This document shows, piece after piece, positions 28,325 through 37,313 of a DNA stretch of 64,000 nt. A program made the translations under genes and the position numbers. How positions within the stretch are numbered: position 1 is the stretch's first letter; each line of letters opens with the position of its first letter. The stretch comes from Deltaproteobacteria bacterium. GTDB taxonomy: Bacteria > Desulfobacterota > Desulfuromonadia > Geobacterales > Pseudopelobacteraceae. The stretch is from the NCBI GenBank assembly GCA_021778115.1, contig JAJYCS010000003.1, forward strand, positions 13,156 to 77,155. The letters are read 5' to 3'. The notes below the pieces were generated by a model. That model made no database searches. It saw nothing but the letters and a program-made list of their open reading frames with translations, and was not told the DNA's origin.

Positions 28325-28627
28325 TTATGGTGCGGTGGTGGTGGCGGTCACGGCGTTCGGACCGGAGCCGTCCATGACACCCCGTCCGTTGGCAGGACGG
28401 GTAGTGGAGCCGTTGGCCGTGACGCCGGTGGTGAGGAAGGTGCCGTCACGGCGCTGGGACCCGGCAGGACGCACCTGGGTTGTTGCGGTGCCGGTTGAGG
28501 GCTGGCTGTGCACCTGGGCACCCTGTCCCCTGCCGGCGCCTGCGCCGCCGCGCGCGAACGATTCGCCGCCAACGGCCAGGATTGCGGTCAATACTGCTGC
28601 GGTTGCCAAAAGATGCGGTCTGTTCAT
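28325..28627 (-). CDS. Small exported Gly/Thr/Arg-rich protein
   Basis: Start re-called at ATG 28627 with AAGGAG RBS; signal peptide ending SFA; low-complexity mature part. Confidence 0.65.
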   Translation of the reverse strand: MNRPHLLATAAVLTAILAVGGESFARGGAGAGRGQGAQVHSQPSTGTATTQVRPAGSQRRDGTFLTTGVTANGSTTRPANGRGVMDGSGPNAVTATTTAP

Positions 28628-28682
28628 CGGTTGTGTCTCCTTATCGGTATGATGGTGAGATGCGCACTCACCCGGCAGGAGG

Positions 28683-28699
28683 TACAGCAACCGTGCCAA
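28683..28699 (-). promoter_or_regulatory. Putative sigma54 promoter
   Basis: TTGGCACGGTTGCTGTA: perfect -24 element, deviant -12 (GT instead of GC). Confidence 0.5.
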
Positions 28700-28772
28700 C
28701 GGTCAGCACAGGTACAACATTATGATATTGTTGCTATAATTTTCAAGCGCCCCCCATACGTGCAATCCCGGC

Positions 28773-28814
28773 GGTGCAAATGCTGCACCGGTGGTGTCGA
28801 TCTTGCACCACCGG
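28773..28814. promoter_or_regulatory. Tandem enhancer-like sites overlapping a hairpin
   Basis: GGTGCA-N5-TGCACC (28773) and GGTGTC-N5-TGCACC (28793), 20 bp apart; 9-bp stem CCGGTGGTG/CACCACCGG at 28788-28814 just after the response regulator stop. Confidence 0.55.
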
Positions 28815-28815
28815 T

Positions 28816-30165
28816 TCACGGCTCCACCAGCCCGTACTCCTTGAGGCGATACTGGAGGGTACGGCGTGAAATACCCAACTTTTCAGCGGTCAGACGTCGA
28901 TTGTTGCCGCAATCGGCCAGGGCCTCCATGATGACGGCCCGTTCCCTCTCCTTCAGACTGAGGGCCTGCTCGTCGTCGATGAACTGCACCGGGGACCGGA
29001 CCGCCTCCGGCAGTTCGGCGGTGGTGATCTCGCCCCTGGCCAGGATGAGCGCCCGCTCCAGCACATTGCGGAGCTCCCGGATATTGCCCGGCCAGCTGTA
29101 GCGGTACAGGGCGGCCAGGGCCGCCGGCGTCACCACCGGGGCTCCTGCGCCGTTGGAAACAGCGGCCCGCTCCAGCAGGTGGGCGACCAAAAGCGGCAGC
29201 CCGTCACGGCGCTCACGCAGGGGGGGGAGATGGAGCGGAAAGACGTTCAGGCGATAGAAGAGATCCTCACGGAAACGGCGCTGCCGCACCTCATCGGCCA
29301 GATCGCGGTTGGTGGCGGCCACCACCCGCACATCGGCCGTCAGTACCCGACTTCCCCCCACCCGCTCGAAGATCCGCTCCTGCAGCACCCGGAGAAATCG
29401 CGACTGCAGCGACAAGGGAAGCTCACCGATCTCGTCCAGAAAGAGGGTGCCGCCGGCGGCCAGTTCGAACTTCCCCTGACGGGCCTGGGTGGCACCGGTA
29501 AAGGCCCCCTTCTCGTGGCCGAACAACTCGCTTTCCAGCAAATTTTCCGGGACCGCAGCGCAGTTCAGGGCCACAAACGGCCCTTTGGCACGGCGACTCG
29601 CCTGGTGTACGGCCTGAGCTGCCAGTTCCTTACCGGTGCCGGATTCTCCGGTGATGAGCACCGTGGCCTCGGTGGGGGCCACCTCATGCAACATCCGGCG
29701 CACCTCCTGCATCACCCCCCCGGCGAACAGCACCTGATCGGGTGGAAGGCCCGACACCGTCCGTTCTCCGGCCGGTACGGCGGCAGACGGTATGGAACCC
29801 GCCAGGGTGCGCCGCACCAACGCCCGGAGCGATTCCGGATCCTTCAGCGGCTTGGTGAGAAAATCCGCCACCCCCTCCTTCATGGCCGCCACCGCCTCTT
29901 CCACCGTTCCGAAGGCGGTGAGCAGGATAAACGGTGTGACGCATCCTGTCTCACGTGAACGACGAAACAGCTCCAGGCCGTTCAAGCCGGGCAGGCGCAA
30001 GTCGGAGAGCACCAGGTCGAAGGACTGACGCTGCAGGGCCATCAGGGCCGCCTTGCCGTCATCCCGGGCGGTCAGCTCATACCCCGCCTCCTCAAGGATA
30101 TCGCTCAACAGGGAGCAAAAGGTGGGGTCATCCTCCACCAGCAGTATCCGGTTACCTGTGCTCAT
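28816..30165 (-). CDS. Sigma54-dependent response regulator (NtrC/ZraR family)
   Basis: REC domain, [22 protein letters not shown], Fis HTH. Confidence 0.94.
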   Translation of the reverse strand: MSTGNRILLVEDDPTFCSLLSDILEEAGYELTARDDGKAALMALQRQSFDLVLSDLRLPGLNGLELFRRSRETGCVTPFILLTAFGTVEEAVAAMKEGVADFLTKPLKDPESLRALVRRTLAGSIPSAAVPAGERTVSGLPPDQVLFAGGVMQEVRRMLHEVAPTEATVLITGESGTGKELAAQAVHQASRRAKGPFVALNCAAVPENLLESELFGHEKGAFTGATQARQGKFELAAGGTLFLDEIGELPLSLQSRFLRVLQERIFERVGGSRVLTADVRVVAATNRDLADEVRQRRFREDLFYRLNVFPLHLPPLRERRDGLPLLVAHLLERAAVSNGAGAPVVTPAALAALYRYSWPGNIRELRNVLERALILARGEITTAELPEAVRSPVQFIDDEQALSLKERERAVIMEALADCGNNRRLTAEKLGISRRTLQYRLKEYGLVEP

Positions 30166-31415
30166 CGCCTGCCTTCCTGAGAGAGCGGCAGCTCCAGGGT
30201 GATCTCTGCACCGCCGTTGCCGCCGTTTTCAAGCCGGATGGTGCCACCGCAGGACTCCACCACCTTCCTGCAGATGGCCAGCCCCAGGCCGCTTCCCCTG
30301 GCACGGGTGGTATAAAACGGATCAAAGGCCCGTGTCAAACCCTCCGGCGAAAAACCGCTCCCGTCATCCCGGATCACCACGCGGGCACGGTCCTGTACCG
30401 TGTCCAGCAACACTTGCACCGTCCCCCCTGACGGCATCGCCTGGCGGGCGTTGCCCAAGAGATTGAGCAGTACCTGGCGTAGACGGGCCGGCACACAGGC
30501 CACCTCACGCTCCAGCTCCCCGGAGAGCTGCAGGACAAAGTGCGGAGAGCCGGGAGGGGCGGCGGCGCTCAGGTCCTCCCAGGCCCCCCGCACGAGCCCG
30601 GCAAGCTCGGCGGTCCCGATGGCGGCAGATTCCTGGACGGCATAGGTAAGCAGGTCGTTTACCAGTTCTTCCAGCCGTTCCGATTCCGCGACGATCCGCT
30701 GGGCATAGCGCCGTTCCCGATCACCGACGGGACGCTCCGCCAACAGCTGGGCATACCCCTTGATACCGGCCAGCGGTGTACGCACCTCATGGGCCAGCAC
30801 CGCCCCCAGCTCCCCCAGCCGGGCCAGATGTTCCCGGCGGGCAAGCTCCTCGCGGCGGCGCAGATCACGGCGTTGCAGCCGCAGCGACCAGAGCCCGAAA
30901 CCCCAGGCGGCCACCAGCAGCAGCATCATCATCGCCCCACCGGCCCTGGTCCGGCGCAATATCCGATCCGCCTGCCAGGTATGGAGCGCCAGACGCAGGA
31001 TCAGAGGACCGCCGGCGATATGCAGCTGCTGTTGGAATTCGTAGACCACCTCGCCGGTCCCCAGCCTTATGCGTCCCTCGGTGACCGTGGGAGCCCCCAG
31101 CAGGGCCTGATAACGGCGGTCTTCCAACCGTTCACCGACCAGGTCCGGGTTGGTGTGGAAGAGGATGGTCCCCCGGCGGTCGACAATGCAGAAATAGGCG
31201 ATATCGGGTGATCTGAAATCAGCGAGCAGCTTCAGGGAGGGATCGCGTGAGGCGATGGTTTCGATGGCCTGCCCCAGCGACAGGGCGATGCCGCGCAGAT
31301 AGCCGCGGGTGACCGGTACGGCGCTCCGGCAGTTGATGTAGGCAAACCAGATCAGAAGGGCGCTCAGGAGCAGAGCGCCCAGGAGGATGAGATGTCGTAC
31401 TCCGGGGCGTGACAT
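30162..31415 (-). CDS. Sensor histidine kinase (ZraS-like)
   Basis: Start re-called at ATG 31415; two TMs, periplasmic domain, [15 protein letters not shown]. Confidence 0.9.
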   Translation of the reverse strand: MSRPGVRHLILLGALLLSALLIWFAYINCRSAVPVTRGYLRGIALSLGQAIETIASRDPSLKLLADFRSPDIAYFCIVDRRGTILFHTNPDLVGERLEDRRYQALLGAPTVTEGRIRLGTGEVVYEFQQQLHIAGGPLILRLALHTWQADRILRRTRAGGAMMMLLLVAAWGFGLWSLRLQRRDLRRREELARREHLARLGELGAVLAHEVRTPLAGIKGYAQLLAERPVGDRERRYAQRIVAESERLEELVNDLLTYAVQESAAIGTAELAGLVRGAWEDLSAAAPPGSPHFVLQLSGELEREVACVPARLRQVLLNLLGNARQAMPSGGTVQVLLDTVQDRARVVIRDDGSGFSPEGLTRAFDPFYTTRARGSGLGLAICRKVVESCGGTIRLENGGNGGAEITLELPLSQEGRR

Positions 31416-31500
31416 GATCCCTATACTACCCCGCGCCGGCCGAAGGTCAAGGGATGGTGTGCGGCTACGTGGATCACCATCGGCGCATGAGGCTTCGACC

Positions 31501-33279
31501 TCATGCCGGCGCCCCACCGCTGACGCCGGTAGCCCACTGCGCCGTACCGGTTGCTGAGACCGAGAGCCCATGGCGGTTCATCCAGCGCCACAGTGTCGTC
31601 CGATCGACCCCGAGTTCATGGGCGACGGCGTTACGATTCCCCTTAAACCGCTCAAGGAGCGCCATGATGGTCTCGGGTGTGGCGCCGCTGCGGCTGCTGC
31701 CTGCCATGGCAGCGGCTACCCGGTGAGGAACCGTCCCCCCGCGGGGAGGGGTTCTGAAGGCGCCGGGGAGCTGCTCCATGGTGATCTCCGAACCATGACA
31801 CATGATGCTCGCCTGTTCCATAATGTTCAGCAGCTCCCGCACATTACCCGGAAACGGGTAGGTAAAGAACTGCTGCATCACCTCGGCAGCCACCGTGCGG
31901 ATCCGTTTGCCGTAGGCCAGGTTGAACCGCTGCAGCGCCATCTCCACCAGCAAGGGTATATCATCGACCCGCTCCCTCAGTGGCGGGATCTGGAGGGTGA
32001 CGATATTGAGACGGAAGAAGAGATCCTGCCGGAAGCTCCCCTGACGCACCATCTCCGCTAGGTTCCGGTGGGAGGCGGCCACGAACCGTACATCGGCCTT
32101 CACCGGGCTGCGCCCCCCCAGCGGCTGAAACTCCTTGTTCTCCAGGAGACGCAAAAGCTTCACCTGCAGCGTCAGCGGCAGATCACCGATCTCATCGAGG
32201 AAGAAGGTGCCCCCCTGACACTGTTCGATCCGGCCGGGGCGGTTTTCCGCCGCACCGGTAAAGGCCCCCTTGCGTACCCCGAAGATCTCCGACTCCAGCA
32301 GGGTCTCCGGCAACGCGCCGCAGTTGACCGTCACCAGCGGGCCGTTACGCCGACGGCTTAGGTCGTGCAGCGCATGGGCGAACAGCTCCTTGCCGGTGCC
32401 GCTCTCGCCGTACAGAAGCACCGTGGCATCGCTTGCGCCCACATCCTCCATGACGGCGAACAGCTTTCGCATGGCGCTGTTACGGCTCACCAGCCGCCGA
32501 AAGGTATACTTCTCCCTGATCTCCTCCCGCATGTCCACGATGGGGGTCAGGTCCCGCAGGGTCTCCACGCCGCCGATGGCCTTCCCCGAACAGTCGTAGA
32601 GGATGGAGGCACTGGCCGCGATCAGACGTTTACCCCCCCGGCAGTCCGTAAGCTCCAGATCCCGCTGCACGGTCTGACCGGTCGCGACGGCCTCCCGGAT
32701 CGGACAGTTCTGCTGGCAGCTGGTGGTCTTGAACACCTCACTGCAGGGGCGTCCCAGGGCATCCTGATGTGCGATGCCGGTCAACTCCTCGGCGGCCCGG
32801 TTAAAGTTGGTGATCTGCATCCGCTCGTTCACGGTGAACAACCCGTCGGCCACACTGTCGATAATCGAATAAAGCCGCCGAAGACACCGCATTGACTTGA
32901 CCCCGCCGACCAGGACCCCTTCCTTGTTGAACAGCGGCGAGGCCTTGATCAGCACCGGCACGGTTGCCCCCTGACAATCCTGCATGAGCACTTCACGGGT
33001 CACCACCGACCGTTCCCGGCGCCAAATCTCCCGCACCGGACAACCGGCTCCGCACAAGGGGGTAGCGAAGATCTCATGGCACTTCATGCCCAACGCCTCA
33101 TCCCTGCTGACCCCCGACAACAGTTGGGCGGCGTAGTTGTAGGCCACTACGGTCATTTCGGTATCTACGGCGATCACCGCGTCGGACATGTTGTCCAGAA
33201 TCTCGTTATACCATTCTTCTGTGCAAGGTGACTGAAATGCAGGCACATCATCCTCCCTGTTCAGGTCTCGACGCATCAT
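31501..33279 (-). CDS. PAS-PAS sigma54 enhancer-binding protein (Fis HTH), no REC domain
   Basis: Two PAS domains, [32 protein letters not shown]. Confidence 0.92.
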   Translation of the reverse strand: MMRRDLNREDDVPAFQSPCTEEWYNEILDNMSDAVIAVDTEMTVVAYNYAAQLLSGVSRDEALGMKCHEIFATPLCGAGCPVREIWRRERSVVTREVLMQDCQGATVPVLIKASPLFNKEGVLVGGVKSMRCLRRLYSIIDSVADGLFTVNERMQITNFNRAAEELTGIAHQDALGRPCSEVFKTTSCQQNCPIREAVATGQTVQRDLELTDCRGGKRLIAASASILYDCSGKAIGGVETLRDLTPIVDMREEIREKYTFRRLVSRNSAMRKLFAVMEDVGASDATVLLYGESGTGKELFAHALHDLSRRRNGPLVTVNCGALPETLLESEIFGVRKGAFTGAAENRPGRIEQCQGGTFFLDEIGDLPLTLQVKLLRLLENKEFQPLGGRSPVKADVRFVAASHRNLAEMVRQGSFRQDLFFRLNIVTLQIPPLRERVDDIPLLVEMALQRFNLAYGKRIRTVAAEVMQQFFTYPFPGNVRELLNIMEQASIMCHGSEITMEQLPGAFRTPPRGGTVPHRVAAAMAGSSRSGATPETIMALLERFKGNRNAVAHELGVDRTTLWRWMNRHGLSVSATGTAQWATGVSGGAPA

Positions 33280-34286
33280 AGCGTATGACAGCTCTGGCAG
33301 TAGACGTTCAGATCCCCCCGCTCCCGGTTCAGCAGGTTCCGGCTGTCACCGGCGTGGGGGTTATGACAGCCGGCACAGGAGAAGGGGCGATCTTTCTTCA
33401 GCGGGTTCACAGGTCCCTTCACCGGGTGTCCCTTGGCAAAGAAACCGGCGATGACATGGAGACCGCTCTTCTTGTCGTCATGGCAGTTCACGCAGAGGTC
33501 GGTGGGGTGCATCCTGACCAGTGCAGGCCACTCCGCTCCATGGGGGTCGTGGCAGAGGGTACAGTCCCCCATCGCGGTAGGGCCATGATGCACCTTCATC
33601 CCGTTCCACTGCCTCTCCTGGGCGCTGTGACAGAGAAAACAGCCGGTGCGGTCCGGACGGCTGGTATGATACCGCCCCCCCGCACCGCCGACCAGATGAC
33701 AGAGCAGACAGGCGCCGCCAGCGGCCGGGCGATGCAGATAGCGGTTATGCCCCTTGTCGGCATGACAGGGGAGGCAGGGAGAACGCTCCGGCGTGGCCGG
33801 GAAGAGATCCGCAAGGTTCGGCGCCATCCGGTGACAGGGGCTGCAGAACGCCTCAGCGGCAGGCAGATGAAAGGTATAGGGATGGTAGCCCGCAGGAGGC
33901 TCTTGATACGGCTTCAGCAAACGGGAACGCCGGTACACGGTGAGGCCCTCCCTGGCAACCACGGCGCCGCCGCCGGTGGTGGCGGTGAGGGTGATGCTGT
34001 TGAGTCCGGGGGAGAGCGGGACCGCCAGACAGAAGAGCCGCCGCCCCTGCTGTCGCCGCAGGGTGACCTGCGACCGCTCCCTACCTGCAACCGCCAGCAG
34101 AGCGACGCCGCTCCCCGCAACCTCCCCTGCCAGGTGCAGACGATCACCCTCCACGACCCCCTTATCGGCCGGTGTCAACAACCGGATCATCCCCCCCCTG
34201 GCGACGACAGGGGCCAGCAGCACGACGCCGAACAGGACCGTGAGAAACACCGTCAGTGGGAAGCTATGGCGCAACATGCCGTTCAA
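33276..34286 (-). CDS. Octaheme c-type cytochrome with N-terminal Ig-like domain
   Basis: 8 CxxCH motifs; signal peptide; heme-free beta-rich N-terminal region. Confidence 0.88.
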   Translation of the reverse strand: MNGMLRHSFPLTVFLTVLFGVVLLAPVVARGGMIRLLTPADKGVVEGDRLHLAGEVAGSGVALLAVAGRERSQVTLRRQQGRRLFCLAVPLSPGLNSITLTATTGGGAVVAREGLTVYRRSRLLKPYQEPPAGYHPYTFHLPAAEAFCSPCHRMAPNLADLFPATPERSPCLPCHADKGHNRYLHRPAAGGACLLCHLVGGAGGRYHTSRPDRTGCFLCHSAQERQWNGMKVHHGPTAMGDCTLCHDPHGAEWPALVRMHPTDLCVNCHDDKKSGLHVIAGFFAKGHPVKGPVNPLKKDRPFSCAGCHNPHAGDSRNLLNRERGDLNVYCQSCHTL

Positions 34287-35391
34287 CGATCACCTCCAGG
34301 GCTTTCCGATAGGCCGCCGCAGCCGCGGCCGGTTCCCGGCGCGCCTCATACAGCATCCCCTGCTGGAAGAATATCCGGTAGTCGTAGGGACTCAACCGTT
34401 CGGCCCGTTCAAACCACTGCCGCGCCGCGGCCAACTCCCCCTGGCGCCCGGTGACGGCCCCAAGCAGGTAATAGGCCGGCAGATACGCCTCATCGGCGGC
34501 CAGGCAGCGTTGCAAGAGCTGCCGGGCCCCGGCCAGGTCCCCGCGGTCAAGCCGGATCTCCCCCAGGGCGCACAGGGCAACGGCATGTTCCGGTTGCCGC
34601 CTGAGCGCCTCCCCATACTGCCGCTCTGCAGCAGCCTGGTCGTGCTGCCGCGCGTACAGCTCACCCAGACTGAGGTACGGCTGGATGAAGGATGGATCGG
34701 CCGCCTCGGCCCGCTCGAACCACCCCTTCGCCTGGTCGGAGGTCCGTTGGGAACGGAGCGCCGCCACCCCCATGGACCAGAGCCGCAGGGCGCGCTTGTC
34801 TGGCTGCCTGCCCGCCAATGCCACCCCCCTGGCGACCGGTTGCCCCGTTATGGCGCTGACGACCGTACGGCTGAACGCCTCGCTCCCCACCAGGGGAAAC
34901 CCTGATAGTTCAGCCCGGATGATCCCTGTGCCGTCGATGAACACCGTGGTGGGGACCGCAATGACACCGTAGGCGTTGAAGGTGGCAAGCCCCCGGTCAA
35001 GCAGGAGGGGGAAACTCAGCTGCAGCTCCGTAGCGGTGGCCTGCACCGCCCGCAGGGTCCCCTCGGTCACCTCCTGGCGGTCCACATTGATCCCCACCAC
35101 CGACAGCCCCTCCTGCCGGTACCGCCGGTAGAGCCGCTCCATCTCCCGCAGGGCCTTTACGGAGTTCTCCCCCCAGGTGGCCCAGAACAGAAGCAGCGTC
35201 CCCCGCTTCCCGATCAGCCTCCCCAGCTCCGCTGATCCCCCCTGGGAGGCCTGCAGGCTGAAGGGGGGGGCATCCATTCCCACCTCCAGGGAACGGAGGG
35301 CCGAGGAGGAGGCACTGCTCTGCATCAGGAAGAACACGATCCAGAGCGGGATCAACCAGCGGGGACGCCCATGACCGCCGGTACCGTTCAT
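34264..35391 (-). CDS. TlpA/ResA-like thioredoxin fold + TPR, lacking CxxC
   Basis: FWATW-GENS in place of WCxxC; VPTTVFID cis-Pro motif; C-terminal TPRs. Confidence 0.8.
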   Translation of the reverse strand: MNGTGGHGRPRWLIPLWIVFFLMQSSASSSALRSLEVGMDAPPFSLQASQGGSAELGRLIGKRGTLLLFWATWGENSVKALREMERLYRRYRQEGLSVVGINVDRQEVTEGTLRAVQATATELQLSFPLLLDRGLATFNAYGVIAVPTTVFIDGTGIIRAELSGFPLVGSEAFSRTVVSAITGQPVARGVALAGRQPDKRALRLWSMGVAALRSQRTSDQAKGWFERAEAADPSFIQPYLSLGELYARQHDQAAAERQYGEALRRQPEHAVALCALGEIRLDRGDLAGARQLLQRCLAADEAYLPAYYLLGAVTGRQGELAAARQWFERAERLSPYDYRIFFQQGMLYEARREPAAAAAAYRKALEVIVERHVAP

Positions 35392-35891
35392 TGTCCCCAG
35401 TGCCTGCCCAGTTCGTGGGCCTTGATCCCCTGCTTGAAGACCGCCAGGGCCCGGGTGTGATCCCCCCGTTTTTCGTAGATCCTCCCCAGTTCCAGATAGA
35501 TCCTGGCCGGATCGGGGGTGAGGGGAAGCTGCTGGCGCAACAGCTGTTCCGCCTCATCCAGTCTCCCCTGTCGCGCAAAGACGATGGCCCGACCGATCCT
35601 CGCCGCGCTGTTGCCGGCATCAAGCTGCAACGCCTGGTCAAAGGCCGACAGGGCGCCGTTCAGGTTATTGCCGGCCAGCAGCAGATTCCCCTGCTGCACG
35701 CATTGCTTCAGTGAGAACTGCCCTCCACTCACGGGACTGTGCACGCCTGCTCCCTCCTTCCGGTTTGTTTGCGGGGTTGCGACGGCTTTCGCCGCCGGCA
35801 GGGCCGGATCACCCGCCGGCGCCGACAACGGCAGCGCCGTCACCAGCAGCGCCAGCAGCACGCCTGCCCGCCCGATCCTGATCCCGATCAT
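35388..35891 (-). CDS. Exported TPR protein
   Basis: Start re-called at ATG 35891 (ATGA overlap); signal peptide; three TPRs. Confidence 0.8.
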   Translation of the reverse strand: MIGIRIGRAGVLLALLVTALPLSAPAGDPALPAAKAVATPQTNRKEGAGVHSPVSGGQFSLKQCVQQGNLLLAGNNLNGALSAFDQALQLDAGNSAARIGRAIVFARQGRLDEAEQLLRQQLPLTPDPARIYLELGRIYEKRGDHTRALAVFKQGIKAHELGRHWGQ

Positions 35892-37258
35892 CTGTTTTTC
35901 ACCATCTTTGCCCGGTCGTATCTGAACTCCTGATGACAACCGGGCAGACAGGAACCGCCCCCCTTGTTTTTCACCAGCCCCACCGGCAGTTGCCAGGCAC
36001 CGAAGGGGACCGCATCCCGGATATGGTTCGGGTTGTTGGTGGCGTGGGCGTCATGACAGGCGCGACAGGTCCGCCCCTTGGGGGACTTGTTGACATGGAC
36101 GTAGTGCAGGTTCTGATCGCCGTTGCGGAAGCCGGTGAGAGTCATGGTCGTGGGTTCCTTCACCAGGGTGTCGTTGTGGCAGTTAAAGCAGAGCTGATAG
36201 TTCTGCGGGTCGTACTTCGCATAAAACAGGGGGGGATAATAGGCCCGCAGAATCCTGAAAAAGTTGGAACCATGGGTGTTGTGGCAGCCGGAGCAGTCCT
36301 TCTCCTTGATCGGCCCGTGGGTGTTACGGTTCGTGGCAAAAAGCTCCTTCATGTTGGCAGTCTTCTGTTCCCCATGGCTGTACTGGCGGTCATGACAGGA
36401 GAGGCAGAGGTCCATGGGGGCCATGGCCAGCTGCTTGGGAAAGAACGAGGTGTGGGGGTTGTGACAGGCAAGGCAACCGGTGGACAGCTCCAGACCACCG
36501 TGTTTCACCGTCACGGCGGCAATCTCCTTCTGTTTGTCCTTATGGCAGCTGAAACAGACCCCCTTGGTCCGCTCACCAATCAGGGTGTACTGGTAATCAC
36601 TGCTGTGGGGGTTATGGCACTGCACGCAGCCGCCCTTCATCGGGGCATGGATATGGGGACGGGTGGCAAACTCAGCCTGTTTATCCTTATGACAACCGTA
36701 GCAGGCATCGCTCCCCTTGCCGGCCAGCAGCTTGGGGAACTGCCCCGAATGGTGGGCATGACAGGCGCTGCAGTCACCAACCGCCACCGGACCGTGCTTC
36801 ACCTTACCGTTGATGATGGAGCGGGGATGGCATTTGAAGCAGAGCTCCTGTCCCCCCCCCCGCAGTTGAAACTTGTTGCCGGACTGGTGCGGACTGTGAC
36901 AGCCGGTGCAGTTCCCCTCCTTCACCGGCTGGTGCACCACCGGCCCCAACTGCAGCTTGTCGTGGCAGGCATAACAGAGGGAGGCCACATCAGTGATCGG
37001 CGTGAAGGCGTGGCGCCCCGGCGTTGCCTGCTTGTGGCAGAAGACGCAGTTACCGGTTGCCACCGGTCCATGCACATACTGATCCTTCCCCATGGTGGGG
37101 TGGCAACCGCTGCTGACACACCCCTGCCCCGCCTTCAGGGCAAAGTCGGCAGCCGAAAGCTCCGGCGCCTCCCCGACCATACCCCAGACAAGGGCCACCA
37201 GCACCCCCATCAGACCTGCCCGGAATCGCCCAAACCGACACAGACTCGCCTCAGCCAT
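35888..37258 (-). CDS. 15-heme periplasmic c-type cytochrome
   Basis: 13 CxxCH plus CVSSGCH and CLPGCH; recurring HxPV...CxxCHxPH spacing. Confidence 0.9.
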   Translation of the reverse strand: MAEASLCRFGRFRAGLMGVLVALVWGMVGEAPELSAADFALKAGQGCVSSGCHPTMGKDQYVHGPVATGNCVFCHKQATPGRHAFTPITDVASLCYACHDKLQLGPVVHQPVKEGNCTGCHSPHQSGNKFQLRGGGQELCFKCHPRSIINGKVKHGPVAVGDCSACHAHHSGQFPKLLAGKGSDACYGCHKDKQAEFATRPHIHAPMKGGCVQCHNPHSSDYQYTLIGERTKGVCFSCHKDKQKEIAAVTVKHGGLELSTGCLACHNPHTSFFPKQLAMAPMDLCLSCHDRQYSHGEQKTANMKELFATNRNTHGPIKEKDCSGCHNTHGSNFFRILRAYYPPLFYAKYDPQNYQLCFNCHNDTLVKEPTTMTLTGFRNGDQNLHYVHVNKSPKGRTCRACHDAHATNNPNHIRDAVPFGAWQLPVGLVKNKGGGSCLPGCHQEFRYDRAKMVKNR

Positions 37259-37313
37259 ACGCTCCCTCCCTTGATTGGTTGTACCTGCTCATCGCCCTCA
37301 CACACAGCCGGTC

